From: an archaeon
Lineage (GTDB): Bacteria > Gemmatimonadota > Glassbacteria > GWA2-58-10
DNA length: 64,000 nt
Assembly (NCBI GenBank): GCA_035528795.1
Contig: DATKXY010000274.1
Location: 958-64,957, forward strand
Direction of reading: 5' to 3'
Shown: piece after piece, positions 1 to 9,352 of the stretch
How positions within the stretch are numbered: the stretch's first letter is position 1
How the letters are laid out: every line of letters begins with the position of its first letter
Program-made: the position numbers and the translations under genes
The notes under the pieces: generated by a model
Seen by the model: the letters and a program-made list of their open reading frames with translations, nothing else
Told to the model about the DNA's origin: nothing
The model's database searches: none

Positions 1-1497
1 GAAATCCACAGTCTCTGCAAAAACCTCTCCTCCGATATTCAGATCAGCCGAGTCTTTGCCCTGCTCGATTGAGCAGGACAGGCGGTCCAGAGCGTTATTG
101 TAAAGGAAAATGATCTCTACGACTTTCTGTAAATCGTGGACACGGTTCTCGCGCAGGAATTGAAAAATGCGCCTGTAGACCTTGTAGAACTCCCCCCTGA
201 TTCGTCCATCCCGGGTAACCGGACTGGCCAGCCAGCGGTCGCGCTCCACTGCCATGTAATAGTTCAGGCCTTTTATACCGTGCATAAAACATGTCAGAGT
301 GGTGAACTCTAAATCTTCAGGCCATCTGGGCAGAAGCTGTTCAGAGAACCGGTATCCTGCGCCGAATTCCGGACGGAACGGATAAAGATTCAACCCGGCA
401 GCGGCCCGGCACAGCTCTCGCTCCTCAGTGAAATTTTCCCGCCTTGGATAGCCGTCTATACCGTCCAGAGCAATCAGGTCGACCGCTTCGGCAGCGGGAA
501 TGTTTACCGGGGCCCGGAAATCTTCAAGGGTGGAGTCAATAAACGGTATGCCGCTTATCCCGCGCTCTGTAAACATCATGGAAATCCTTTCCAGGCTCCA
601 GATCACACTCCACTCGCGAAACTCGACCCAATCCAGGTATGCAGGGAGATCCTGCATTTTTTCACCTGCAAAGCGGCGCGGGGGCTCAACCAGGGCGAAC
701 GATTCGTAGTTGGTCCCATAGCCGCGGTTCAGTCCCTGGATCCGGCCCTCGTATTTTTCTTCCAGGTGCTTTCGGTAAAGCGCCAGAGCGCTCGGATGGT
801 AATCGATCGTATAAGGCCGCCGGATGCGGTGAAAAAAGCTCAGCTCGTTGTCCGCCTGCATCGCGATAATCGGGCCTCCCCGGGTATGGAGCCGCCTGGC
901 CAGAATAGGCATCAAGGCCTCGAAATATATCCCGACTTCCTGATAAAACTTCTCACTGTAATAACTAGGCACAGGAAACTGTCCACCCACGGAATGAAGC
1001 ACTTCCACAGTGTCGACACTGGTCCGGGCAGCGATCTCCGGGTCAAAAAGTATGCGCTGCGGCAAGCCGTAATAGGTCAAGTCGCAGCCCAATTGCGGTC
1101 CCGGACAAACAATCACTTTGAAACCCTTATCAGCCGCCAGGTCGATAAAGGCGCCAATGTCCTTGCTCTTGTCGTAACGGCCGAAATCGAAACTGCCACG
1201 CTCAAGCTCATGCACCTCCCAGGGGATGCCGGTCGAGATGGTGTTGACCCCCATCCGGGAAAGCTGGTCAAAAATGTCCGGCCAGAGCGCAGCCTTGTGA
1301 CGCCAGTAGTGAAAACTGCCGCTATAAAGCGGATAAATCTTGCCATCGATAACAAAGCCTTTACGGCTGACCTCTACCGGACGATTCCCGGTTTCACCGG
1401 AACAGCCTGATCCCCCGAGAATTGTTTGTGACAGTAAAAGAGAGCCTGCGCCCAGCGTGTAAATGAATTCTTTCCTGTTTATTTTACCCTCTTTCAC
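1..1497 (-). CDS. Glycoside hydrolase family 35 beta-galactosidase-like protein, partial. The C-terminus lies beyond the window edge. N-terminal signal peptide with RK-variant Tat-like/lipoprotein features.
   Basis: I translated the reverse strand manually because the ORF is open to the window edge and is therefore absent from the ORF track. It reads MKEGKINRKEFIYTLGAGSLLLSQTILGGSGCSGE..., then IPWEVHE, then GGPIIAMQADNE. The last motif matches the GH35 catalytic-region signature (GPIIxxQxENEYG type). A GTG start lies at 1497-1495, with AAGGAA seven nt upstream. The plus-strand ORF 766..1410 in the track is antisense noise. Confidence 0.55.
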   Translation of the reverse strand, partial: MKEGKINRKEFIYTLGAGSLLLSQTILGGSGCSGETGNRPVEVSRKGFVIDGKIYPLYSGSFHYWRHKAALWPDIFDQLSRMGVNTISTGIPWEVHELERGSFDFGRYDKSKDIGAFIDLAADKGFKVIVCPGPQLGCDLTYYGLPQRILFDPEIAARTSVDTVEVLHSVGGQFPVPSYYSEKFYQEVGIYFEALMPILARRLHTRGGPIIAMQADNELSFFHRIRRPYTIDYHPSALALYRKHLEEKYEGRIQGLNRGYGTNYESFALVEPPRRFAGEKMQDLPAYLDWVEFREWSVIWSLERISMMFTERGISGIPFIDSTLEDFRAPVNIPAAEAVDLIALDGIDGYPRRENFTEERELCRAAAGLNLYPFRPEFGAGYRFSEQLLPRWPEDLEFTTLTCFMHGIKGLNYYMAVERDRWLASPVTRDGRIRGEFYKVYRRIFQFLRENRVHDLQKVVEIIFLYNNALDRLSCSIEQGKDSADLNIGGEVFAETVDF

Positions 1498-1648
1498 GAC
1501 CTGTTCCTTTTGCAGCCGGTATTTTTGTATCCGCCAGGAGGCTAACACATTTTGATCACGCCAGTACGCACACACAGGGCACCCCTGCGTCAGCACAAGG
1601 ATGGCCTTTTTTCTGAATAATCCGGGGATAAAAGATCTCTGCCATTCC

Positions 1649-2605
1649 TTAAAGGACAACCTCTACAATACTGTAAAAAAGGGGGATAGTAAAAAGCGCT
1701 ATCAGATAGGCGATCACCATAATTCCGCAAACGAGCTTTTCATCTCCGCCGAAATGCACGACCTGCAGGACCAGTGCTGTTGCCGGTGGCGAAGAAGCCT
1801 CGAGGATCCAGAATGCGTCCTCCAGTCTGCCGCCTGAAAACGAGGTGTATTTCAGGAGCACGAGCATTAAAACAGGTATGATCAACAGTTTTATTGCCAC
1901 CACCCGGCTGACTGTAAAAAAAGGTGGCATGCGGTTTACTCTGAGCGCTCCCATAGTCAATCCGAGCACCACCGTGGCCAGAGGCACGCAAGATTTGCCG
2001 ACCAGTTCGACCGAGCCCAGAAAAATCCGGGGGACAAAACCTGACAGACCTGTAAAAACCAGAGACATGGCCAGCACAGTCGCACAGAAAGGGGTGGTGA
2101 TAATCTGGCTCCATTTCACTCTCATGCCTTTCCGGTGCGAGATAAGAAAACTGGCCAGGCTCCAGAGCAAAGGGTTGTAACTTAAGAGCAGCAGAAAAAT
2201 ATAGATCGAGAAGCGCTCGAACTGGGCCGGGAACAGGACCTCGCCGATCGGCAAGACCAGGTACCCGGCGTTCTGGAAAACGGACAGGGCGCTCAGTGCA
2301 TAGCTCTGCTCATTGTCCCGCCTGAACACGAGGCGGGCAATGGCCAGCCCGACAAAAGTGATCGTGGCCCCCATAAGCGGAAACTTCCACCAGTGCGCAT
2401 AGTCTGATACCTCGAAATGTTGGATAATATTAGCGAATACAAGGCAGGGCAGAGAGAGATGCACCACCACTCCGCTCAGCGCCCGGACATGAGTCTCGTT
2501 AAAGATATTCCTGCGCACAAGCCAGGCGCTGGCAATTATTACGATAGCCACCTTGGTCAGAGCGGTAAAAGTGGCTAAAAAAGATACTGTCAACAGAGAA
2601 TACAA
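1649..2605 (-). CDS. AEC (auxin efflux carrier / malate permease-like) family membrane transporter
   Basis: 318-aa polytopic membrane protein with TM helices throughout and the general look of the AEC/MleP family. TTG start at 2605, preceded by GGGGGAAAATAAA. Confidence 0.65.
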   Translation of the reverse strand: MYSLLTVSFLATFTALTKVAIVIIASAWLVRRNIFNETHVRALSGVVVHLSLPCLVFANIIQHFEVSDYAHWWKFPLMGATITFVGLAIARLVFRRDNEQSYALSALSVFQNAGYLVLPIGEVLFPAQFERFSIYIFLLLLSYNPLLWSLASFLISHRKGMRVKWSQIITTPFCATVLAMSLVFTGLSGFVPRIFLGSVELVGKSCVPLATVVLGLTMGALRVNRMPPFFTVSRVVAIKLLIIPVLMLVLLKYTSFSGGRLEDAFWILEASSPPATALVLQVVHFGGDEKLVCGIMVIAYLIALFTIPLFYSIVEVVL

Positions 2606-2678
2606 TTTATTTTCCCCCGGAAAAAGCTCTTAAACATTCATTCAATACCGGCTCCTGCGAATTCCAGACGAATCTTAA

Positions 2679-2740
2679 TCTGGATTATTCACAAAATTTA
2701 GTAGAAAGGAATAGGTTTTCGGTTTCTCAAGCATTTGCTC
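2679..2740. repeat. Intergenic repeat module tctggattattcacaaaatttagtagaaaggaatagg. It is near-identical to 19310-19350.
   Basis: By direct comparison, 2679-2720 and 19310-19350 differ only by a 2-nt indel and about 3 substitutions. Read in the sense of the downstream minus-strand gene, both contain the core TGTGA(A)TAAT. Confidence 0.5.
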
Positions 2741-3175
2741 TAGACCGGATAAGAAGTCAGAAGTCAGGAGACAGGAGTCAGAAGTTTAAAAAACTTCTGG
2801 TTGCCGTTTGTTCATAATGGTCTGGAGTAGCGACAAGTTTTATGAAGAATAATCCGAGCTTAATTCTAACCAGAATAACATTACTCAAGAAAATAGGCTT
2901 TCCACCCGTTTTATTCAAGAAGTTCTTGGCTGCGAATGCCAGTCAAGGAGGGTAAAAATTAACTCCGGTTGAATCCAAAAACATTGACAACTGCAAGCGC
3001 TTATTCAAAGATTATAATCTTATCAGCCCGCTGTTTTGTTCTATCTCAAATGAAGGCAGGCATCTTAAATGTAAAAATTGACATCTGGTAAATTACTACT
3101 GATTACCCGACTTTTATAAAAAAATCAAAACTAATTATTTGAGAAAAATCAAACCAAAATATATCTGGAGAAAAG

Positions 3176-4573
3176 ATGGCTGAAAATAACCGTTTCGATC
3201 TTGTCATACTCGGCGGCGGACCCGGCGGTTATGTGGCGGCTATCAAGGCCGCGCAGGAAGGACTCTCTGCGGCTCTGGTCGAGTCTGACCTTCTGGGCGG
3301 GGTGTGTCTCAACTGGGGGTGTATTCCGAGCAAGGCGCTCCTGGCGAGCGCCCGGTTGTATGAAAATATTCTCCGGGCCAGAGATTTCGGGATCTCGACC
3401 GGTGAGATAAGCTACAACTGGGAGGCCATAGTCAAGCGGAGCCGTCAGGTTGCTGACCGCGCAGCCAAGGGCGTGGCCTACCTGATGAAAAAAAACGGGA
3501 TCACGGTATTTCAGGGCAAAGGCGTGCTGGCCGGACAAGGAAGGATACGCATCGAAGCCGGGGAAGAAAAGGCCGTCTCAGCCGGGAACATTATCCTGGC
3601 TACCGGGGCCCGCCCCAGCGAGATTCCAGGCATTAAAGCGGATGGAGAAACAGTGATCACCTCCCGCGAGGCCCTGGCCCTGAAACACAGGCCGGAGTCA
3701 ATCGTTATAGTGGGGGGAGGGGCGATAGGAATGGAATTCGCCTACCTGTTCAATGCTTTCGGCTCGCTGGTCACGGTTGTCGAGCTCCTGGAGCGGATCC
3801 TTCCCCAGGAGGACCAGGAGATTTCGGAGGAATTGAAAAGGCTTTACCAGCGGAAAGGGATGAACATCCTGACCGGTTCGCAGGTTGAGCGAATCGAAAC
3901 ACCGGCGAATAATAAAGTTTCGGTTCTGGTAAAAACCGGGGATAAATCCGAGAGTTTTGAGTGCGAAAAGGTTCTTGTCGCAGTGGGTGTGCGAGGCAAT
4001 GTCGAGGGAATCGGGTGCGAGGAGGCAGGAGTCGAGGTGGAAAAAGGATTTATCAAGGTGGACCGCAGCTACCGGACGACAGCTTCCGGTATCTGGGCGA
4101 TCGGGGATTGCATAGGGCCGCCGCTTTTGGCCCATGCCGCCTCAGCCGAGGGCATCTCTGCGGTTGAGTCGATTCTCGGCCGCAAAGCGCGCTTCATTGC
4201 CGGCGATCTGGTGCCCAGTTGCATCTACTGCCAGCCCCAGGTGGCGAGTGTCGGGTTGACCGAGGCCGCGGCCTTGCAAGCCGGCCATGAGGTGTCTGTG
4301 GGGCGCTTCCCGTTCCGGCCTCTCGGCAAGGCGCTGGCCCTGGGGGAGCGGGACGGTTTCGTGAAAGCAGTCGTGGACAAAAAGAGCGGGAAATTGCTAG
4401 GCATGCATATACTGGGCCCTGAGGCCACAGAGCTGATTCCGGAAGCTGTGTTTGCCAAATACACCGGCGCCAGTGCCGAGGAGATGCACCACGCCGTGCA
4501 CCCCCACCCTACGCTTTCGGAGGCCCTGGCCGAGGCCGTTTCCGCGGCTACAGGCGCGGCTATCCATCTTTAA
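3176..4573 (+). CDS. lpdA: Dihydrolipoyl dehydrogenase (E3 component)
   Basis: FAD-binding N-terminus GGGPGGYVAAIKAAQ, redox-active disulfide motif GGVCLNWGCIPSKALL, and C-terminal HPHPTLSEA interface motif. 465 aa. RBS GGAGAAAAG lies before the ATG. Confidence 0.9.
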   Translation: MAENNRFDLVILGGGPGGYVAAIKAAQEGLSAALVESDLLGGVCLNWGCIPSKALLASARLYENILRARDFGISTGEISYNWEAIVKRSRQVADRAAKGVAYLMKKNGITVFQGKGVLAGQGRIRIEAGEEKAVSAGNIILATGARPSEIPGIKADGETVITSREALALKHRPESIVIVGGGAIGMEFAYLFNAFGSLVTVVELLERILPQEDQEISEELKRLYQRKGMNILTGSQVERIETPANNKVSVLVKTGDKSESFECEKVLVAVGVRGNVEGIGCEEAGVEVEKGFIKVDRSYRTTASGIWAIGDCIGPPLLAHAASAEGISAVESILGRKARFIAGDLVPSCIYCQPQVASVGLTEAAALQAGHEVSVGRFPFRPLGKALALGERDGFVKAVVDKKSGKLLGMHILGPEATELIPEAVFAKYTGASAEEMHHAVHPHPTLSEALAEAVSAATGAAIHL

Positions 4574-4726
4574 AGAATGCATGCATAGGGTTTAACAGGT
4601 TGAATTACCTGATCTTAACAACCAGAAGAACAACTTAGTTTTTTCTGGACAAATCGGCCTGCAGTTAGTAAAATAACCTTTCATCCGAGACTAAACCCCT
4701 CACCCCAGGGCACGATTGCATACCTC

Positions 4727-5083
4727 ATGCAGAGCTACATAGCCATATTGATTACAATCGTTATTGCCGCGCTGTTAGTGGGTGCAGCCCTCATTCTCAG
4801 CGCGATTATCGGCCCTAAAAGCAAGACCGGCAAAGAGAAGGGAAGGCCTTTCGAATGCGGCAACATTCCCTTCGAAAGACCGGGAAAACGTTTCCCGGTG
4901 CACTTTTACGTAGTAGCCATCCTTTTCATAGTCTTCGATATCGAGATTGTTTTCCTTTACCCATGGATCGCTTCTTTCGGCGCAGTCGGCAAGTACGGCT
5001 TTTTCGCAGCGCTGTTCTTTGTGGCGGTCTTGACTTTCGGTCTGGTGTATGAATGGATCAGAGGGGGACTTGAATGGCACTGA
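4727..5083 (+). CDS. nuoA: NADH-quinone oxidoreductase subunit A
   Basis: 118-aa three-TM protein with PFECG and YVVAILFIVFDIEIVFLYPW motifs typical of NuoA/ND3. Confidence 0.9.
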   Translation: MQSYIAILITIVIAALLVGAALILSAIIGPKSKTGKEKGRPFECGNIPFERPGKRFPVHFYVVAILFIVFDIEIVFLYPWIASFGAVGKYGFFAALFFVAVLTFGLVYEWIRGGLEWH

Positions 5084-5550
5084 GACCCCTGCTGGGAAGC
5101 GCCAGTTTTATCACTGCCCGTCTGGATGAGGCGATTGCCTGGGCGCGGAAATTTTCGATCTTCCCTTACCCTTTTGTAACAGCCTGCTGCGGCATGGAGT
5201 ACATGTCGCTCTCTGCCGCTCACTACGACCTCGACCGCTTCGGGGCCGCTTTTCCACGCTTCACTCCCCGCCAGGCGGACCTCCTTCTCGTAGTGGGAAC
5301 GATCAGCCACAAGATAGCCCCGCTCCTCAGGCGGGTCTACGAGCAGATGACCGAGCCTAAATGGGTGATCGCTTTCGGGGTCTGTACCTGTACCGGCGGC
5401 TTTTACGACAACTACGCCACAGTGCAGGGCATTGACACGATCATCCCGGTGGATGTCTATATCCCGGGCTGCCCGCCCAGGCCGGAAACAGTGCTCCAGG
5501 GGATAATGCTGCTGCAGGAAAAAATCGCCAGGCAGAAACAGGAATACTGA
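5074..5550 (+). CDS. nuoB: NADH-quinone oxidoreductase subunit B
   Basis: CCGMEY...GTISHKIAP...GVCTCTGG...GCPPRP cysteine motifs of the N2 cluster subunit. Start overlaps the nuoA stop (ATGGCACTGA). Confidence 0.9.
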   Translation: MALRPLLGSASFITARLDEAIAWARKFSIFPYPFVTACCGMEYMSLSAAHYDLDRFGAAFPRFTPRQADLLLVVGTISHKIAPLLRRVYEQMTEPKWVIAFGVCTCTGGFYDNYATVQGIDTIIPVDVYIPGCPPRPETVLQGIMLLQEKIARQKQEY

Positions 5551-5698
5551 CCTCTCAGCTTGTTTACAATCGGTGCTGGACAGGTTAAACACATCGATAA
5601 ATTCTGTGCGGTAATTTTGTGCTGCCTCTTGATTAATCCAAGAAAGTGCGGAAGATTCAGCGGAGCGTTTTCTCAAATCTATTTGTGAGCAGGACAAA

Positions 5699-6190
5699 AT
5701 GGAACCGGTGACGGATAACAACACACTGAACACGCTCAGACACCGTTTTGGCGGGGCGATAATCGAAAGCGGACTCGACAGGGGAGACCTCGTAGCGATT
5801 GTAGCCAAAGAGCGCCTTCACGAAATAATCGTCTGTCTAAGAGACGAGCCGGGCCTGAATTTTAAAATGCTGATCGACATTTTTGGAGTGGACTTCCTCC
5901 CGCGCAAGCCCAGATTCGAGGTAGTGTATCATCTCCACTGTCCCGAGCGCAACGAACGGATCCGTCTGAAAGTACAAATCGAGGAACAGGACTGTGAAAT
6001 TGATACTGTCACGGACCTTTATGCCGGGGCCAACTGGTGTGAGCGTGAGACCTGGGACATGTTCGGGATAGTGTTCAAGGGCCACCCCGACCTCAAGCGC
6101 CTGCTGATGTACGAGCCGTTCGAGGGATATCCTCTGAGGCGCGATTACCCGATCAACAAACGTCAGCCGCTGATCGGCCCTCAAAACTAG
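5699..6190 (+). CDS. nuoC: NADH-quinone oxidoreductase subunit C
   Basis: EVVYHL...ERETWDMFGIVFKGHPDLKRLL...FEGYPLRRDYP, the canonical 30-kDa subunit motifs. Confidence 0.85.
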   Translation: MEPVTDNNTLNTLRHRFGGAIIESGLDRGDLVAIVAKERLHEIIVCLRDEPGLNFKMLIDIFGVDFLPRKPRFEVVYHLHCPERNERIRLKVQIEEQDCEIDTVTDLYAGANWCERETWDMFGIVFKGHPDLKRLLMYEPFEGYPLRRDYPINKRQPLIGPQN

Positions 6191-6215
6191 CCCTTGCTCG
6201 AAATCCGGGAAATTT

Positions 6216-7568
6216 ATGGAGACTTTCGAAAACAAAAACAATGAGCAACGCACCGAGACCATGTTTCTCAATGTGGGTCCCTCGCACCCGGCCATGCACG
6301 GTGTAATCCGCATTATCACCGAGCTCGAGGGTGAGCGGATCATGGGCGCCGAGGTGGAGATTGGGTATTTGCACCGCTGTTTCGAGAAGGACTGCGAGAA
6401 TGTCGGCTGGAACCAGGCTTTTCCTTATACGGACCGCTTGAACTACGTAAGCCCGCTTATAAATAACGTGGGCTGGGCCCTGGCAGTGGAAAAGCTGTTC
6501 GGCGTAACAGTGCCCGAGCGCTGCCAGTATATCCGGGTGATTATCTCCGAGCTGAGCCGTCTGGTCGATCACCTGACCTGTATTGGGGCTGCTGCCATGG
6601 AACTCGGGGCCATGACGGTTTTCCTCTATTTCATGAAAGCCAGGGAATATCTCTACGACCTGATCGAATGGCTCGCCGGCGCCCGGATAACTGTCTCCTA
6701 TGTCCGCGTGGGAGGGGTAAAGGGAGACCTCCCGGATGGGTTCGCCGAAAAAACGCGGACCGTGCTCCGGAAGCTGCCCTCGATTATCAAGGAGGTCGAC
6801 AAGCTCCTGACGCGCAACCGGATCTTTATCGACCGGATGAAAGGCCTGGGTCTGCTGGACCGCGAGCGCTCGCTCTCTTACGGGATCACAGGCCCGCTGA
6901 TCAGGGCTGTGGGCGTGCCCTACGATGTGCGCAAGGACATACCCTATCTGGTTTATGACCGGTTCGATTTCGAGATCCCGATCGCCGAGGACGGCGACAA
7001 CTACAGCCGCTACATGGTGCGCATGGAGGAAATGCGCCAGAGTATCAGGATTATCGAGCAGGCTCTCGATCAAATCCCCCCCGGGGCAATTGCTGTGGAC
7101 CCGGAGGGACGCGAGCTGACCGGAGCCGAGATGATTGAGCTGGCCAAGCTCGGGCGCACCAGGGAGTATATTGACGCCAGGGCCAGGGTGGATCTCACTC
7201 TCGAAGGCACTAATTCCGAGTGCGCTTCCCTGGTAAACCTGGCAGAAGAACGCAAGCTGAAACTGCCCTCCAAGGAAGAATGTTACGGCAATATCGAGGG
7301 CATGATGGCGCATTTCATGCAAATCATGGACAACTGGGGAATCCGTCCGCCTGAAGGCGAAGCCTATCAGGCTGTGGAAGGAGCCAACGGCGAGCTGGGG
7401 TTCTACCTCGTTTCCGATGGCAGCGGCAGGCCGATGCGCGCCCGCTGCCGGGGCCCGTGCTTTTTCCCCATGGCCGCCCTGCATGAGATGCTTATCGGCG
7501 ATATGGTGGCCGATATTATCCCTACTTTCGGCTCCATTAACATGATCGCCGGAGAGCTGGACCGCTGA
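6216..7568 (+). CDS. nuoD: NADH-quinone oxidoreductase subunit D
   Basis: MFLNVGPSHPAMHGVIRI...EIGYLHRCFEK. 450 aa, 49-kDa subunit. Confidence 0.9.
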   Translation: METFENKNNEQRTETMFLNVGPSHPAMHGVIRIITELEGERIMGAEVEIGYLHRCFEKDCENVGWNQAFPYTDRLNYVSPLINNVGWALAVEKLFGVTVPERCQYIRVIISELSRLVDHLTCIGAAAMELGAMTVFLYFMKAREYLYDLIEWLAGARITVSYVRVGGVKGDLPDGFAEKTRTVLRKLPSIIKEVDKLLTRNRIFIDRMKGLGLLDRERSLSYGITGPLIRAVGVPYDVRKDIPYLVYDRFDFEIPIAEDGDNYSRYMVRMEEMRQSIRIIEQALDQIPPGAIAVDPEGRELTGAEMIELAKLGRTREYIDARARVDLTLEGTNSECASLVNLAEERKLKLPSKEECYGNIEGMMAHFMQIMDNWGIRPPEGEAYQAVEGANGELGFYLVSDGSGRPMRARCRGPCFFPMAALHEMLIGDMVADIIPTFGSINMIAGELDR

Positions 7569-7723
7569 TTTTTCAATCGCCCGGTGACGGCTGACAGCTC
7601 GTGATTCAGTTATTTGGCAAGATATCAGGCAGGCCTTGAGTGCTTATGGATTCTACAACTAACTTCTCTGATTTTGCGTATCTTGCAGAATACAATGCCA
7701 CGCAGTGCGAAAGGGGAGGACAA

Positions 7724-9277
7724 ATGAAACGCCGCAGTCTTTTCGGGGGTCTGGGCGCTGCATTTACAAGCGCATTAGCGTTCAGCAATTTTATAGTTTC
7801 CAAAAAGGCAGGTGCAAAAACCTGGGCCTCTCAGCCAGTACTGAGAGATGGGACAATCAATCCCTGTGATGTAAAAATCAACTTGAAACCCGTGATGACA
7901 CATATAATTCACACCGGTAAATGGGAAGGGCCGTGCAGGTGGGACCCCGTGAGTGTCAGTGAAGAGAAAGCGCGGGCAGAAGAAAGTTTTATTAAATGGG
8001 CAAAGGAGTGCAAAGAAGGCAAAATAAATCTCGATGAAAAAAATGTAAAAATTCTGGAACCGGTCCATATAAAATTTGCGGAAGATTTTATTTTGAGACA
8101 GGAAGAAATAAATAAGCTGAAGCCGGACAGCCGGGAAATAGACGCTTGTTTTATCCTCGCCTATGGCTCTTCGATTTCCGCCTTTGAGATCGGCAAGCTG
8201 CTCGACAGGCCGATCATGATGGTTGGATTGAACTGCAGAAATGTCGATATCGCCGCTTATACAAGAAGCATGGGTTACGAGGCTTTCGTTCCCGCTGATT
8301 ATGCCGAGCTGAATAAACTTTTATCCTTATTGCGCGCCAGAAAAGTATTTAATCAGACCAGTATTTTATTCCCCACAGACAAAGGGTTGCCGGCGGTATG
8401 TTCGATCTGCGCCATAAACGACCTTCCGGAGCTTGAGGAAAAACTCGGCGTCGCAGTCAAACAGATCCCCTATAAAGAGCTTGACCAGGAAATGAACGAG
8501 GTGATGAACAGCAAAACCGAAAGGGAAAAAGCCGAGCAAGCTGCGGACAAATTGCTCCGGAATGCTCAAAAGTCCTTTATCGACAGGAAATACGTTGTCC
8601 GGAGCATTCAGTTTTATCAGACCGTGAAGAGCTTGATGAACAGGCACGGCTGCAATGCATTCACCATAGAATGTTTCGAGTTTTGCTCAAACAGGCTGCC
8701 GGAAAAATGGACCATTACCCCATGTTTGATCCACACTCTGCTCAGAGACCAGGGATATGCATCCTCGTGTGAGGCGGACCTGGGTTCATTGCTGGCTATG
8801 CAATTGTTAATGTCCGTATCGAATAAATCCTGCCACCAGGGTAACGCAGATCCGGTTCAAGGAAGTGAAGATACCTTTAAAATAAACCACAGCGCACCCA
8901 GCATAAAAATGAACGGTCTCGACCAGCCCTGCCTGCCTTACCAGTTGGGGCGCTTTGTTGCCTCCGGATGGGGCACCAAGGCAGTGATCAATTTCACGAA
9001 TAATACAGAAAAAACAGTCACCGTGGCCAGAGTCGATCCTACTGCATCAAAAGTGCTCGTGTTGAAGGGTGAGCTTGTGGGATCGAGCGGCTGGGACAAT
9101 GACTATCTTGGATGTTCTGTCGAAGCCGTGATCAAACCGCCGGATGGAAGAACCGGGGAATTCATGAAGAAGCGGATTGATTATGGAAATCATCTCCCCT
9201 GGGTTTACGGGGATTATTCCGAGGAAATACGTCAGCTTGGTGAAATGCTCAAGCTGGAGGTTGATGTTATTAGCTGA
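7724..9277 (+). CDS. Twin-arginine (Tat) signal-bearing secreted protein of unknown function, Cys-rich and low-GC, inserted inside the nuo operon.
   Basis: AGGGGAGGA RBS followed by ATG at 7724. The N-terminus MKRRSLFGGLGAAFTSALAFS is a textbook Tat motif (RRSLF plus hydrophobic core plus AFS). The gene is visibly more AT-rich than its nuo neighbours and has many Cys (VCSICAI, ECFEFC, SSCEADLG). No family recognised. The upstream in-frame ATG at 7640 is rejected as the start. Confidence 0.6.
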   Translation: MKRRSLFGGLGAAFTSALAFSNFIVSKKAGAKTWASQPVLRDGTINPCDVKINLKPVMTHIIHTGKWEGPCRWDPVSVSEEKARAEESFIKWAKECKEGKINLDEKNVKILEPVHIKFAEDFILRQEEINKLKPDSREIDACFILAYGSSISAFEIGKLLDRPIMMVGLNCRNVDIAAYTRSMGYEAFVPADYAELNKLLSLLRARKVFNQTSILFPTDKGLPAVCSICAINDLPELEEKLGVAVKQIPYKELDQEMNEVMNSKTEREKAEQAADKLLRNAQKSFIDRKYVVRSIQFYQTVKSLMNRHGCNAFTIECFEFCSNRLPEKWTITPCLIHTLLRDQGYASSCEADLGSLLAMQLLMSVSNKSCHQGNADPVQGSEDTFKINHSAPSIKMNGLDQPCLPYQLGRFVASGWGTKAVINFTNNTEKTVTVARVDPTASKVLVLKGELVGSSGWDNDYLGCSVEAVIKPPDGRTGEFMKKRIDYGNHLPWVYGDYSEEIRQLGEMLKLEVDVIS

Positions 9278-9352
9278 GCGCTGTGTTCTCTCTTCTGGAT
9301 TCAGTATTACTCAGTAATTGCCAATTTATCACTCTTAGGCCAGAGCTCCAGC

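Noticed and set aside
766-1410. 214-aa plus-strand ORF at the left edge
   Set aside because: Its translation is low-complexity and Arg/Pro-rich with no motifs. The opposite strand over the same span encodes a convincing GH35-like protein with a signal peptide and catalytic-region motif, so this is an antisense artefact of high GC.
2984-3018. TTGACA ... TATAAT pair upstream of lpdA as a sigma-70 promoter
   Set aside because: The spacer is about 23 nt, which is too long. A second TTGACA at 3078-3083 lacks a convincing -10 at 17 nt. No promoter is called with confidence.
3176-4573. lpdA as part of a local pyruvate/2-oxoglutarate dehydrogenase operon
   Set aside because: No E1 or E2 genes flank it. 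It is followed directly by nuoA, so it is annotated as a stand-alone E3.
6153-7484. 443-aa minus-strand ORF antisense to nuoD. The same type of artefact occurs at 4957..5808, 9335..10324, 11073..11849 and 13770..14435, which are antisense to nuoB/C, nuoE/F, nuoG and nuoI.
   Set aside because: These are long stop-free antisense frames typical of roughly 60% GC DNA. The sense strands carry unmistakable Nuo subunit motifs.
7640-7723. Upstream ATG at 7640 for the Tat-exported ORF
   Set aside because: A strong RBS (AGGGGAGGA) sits directly before the ATG at 7724 and the Tat motif begins there. A 28-aa extension before an RR signal would be atypical.
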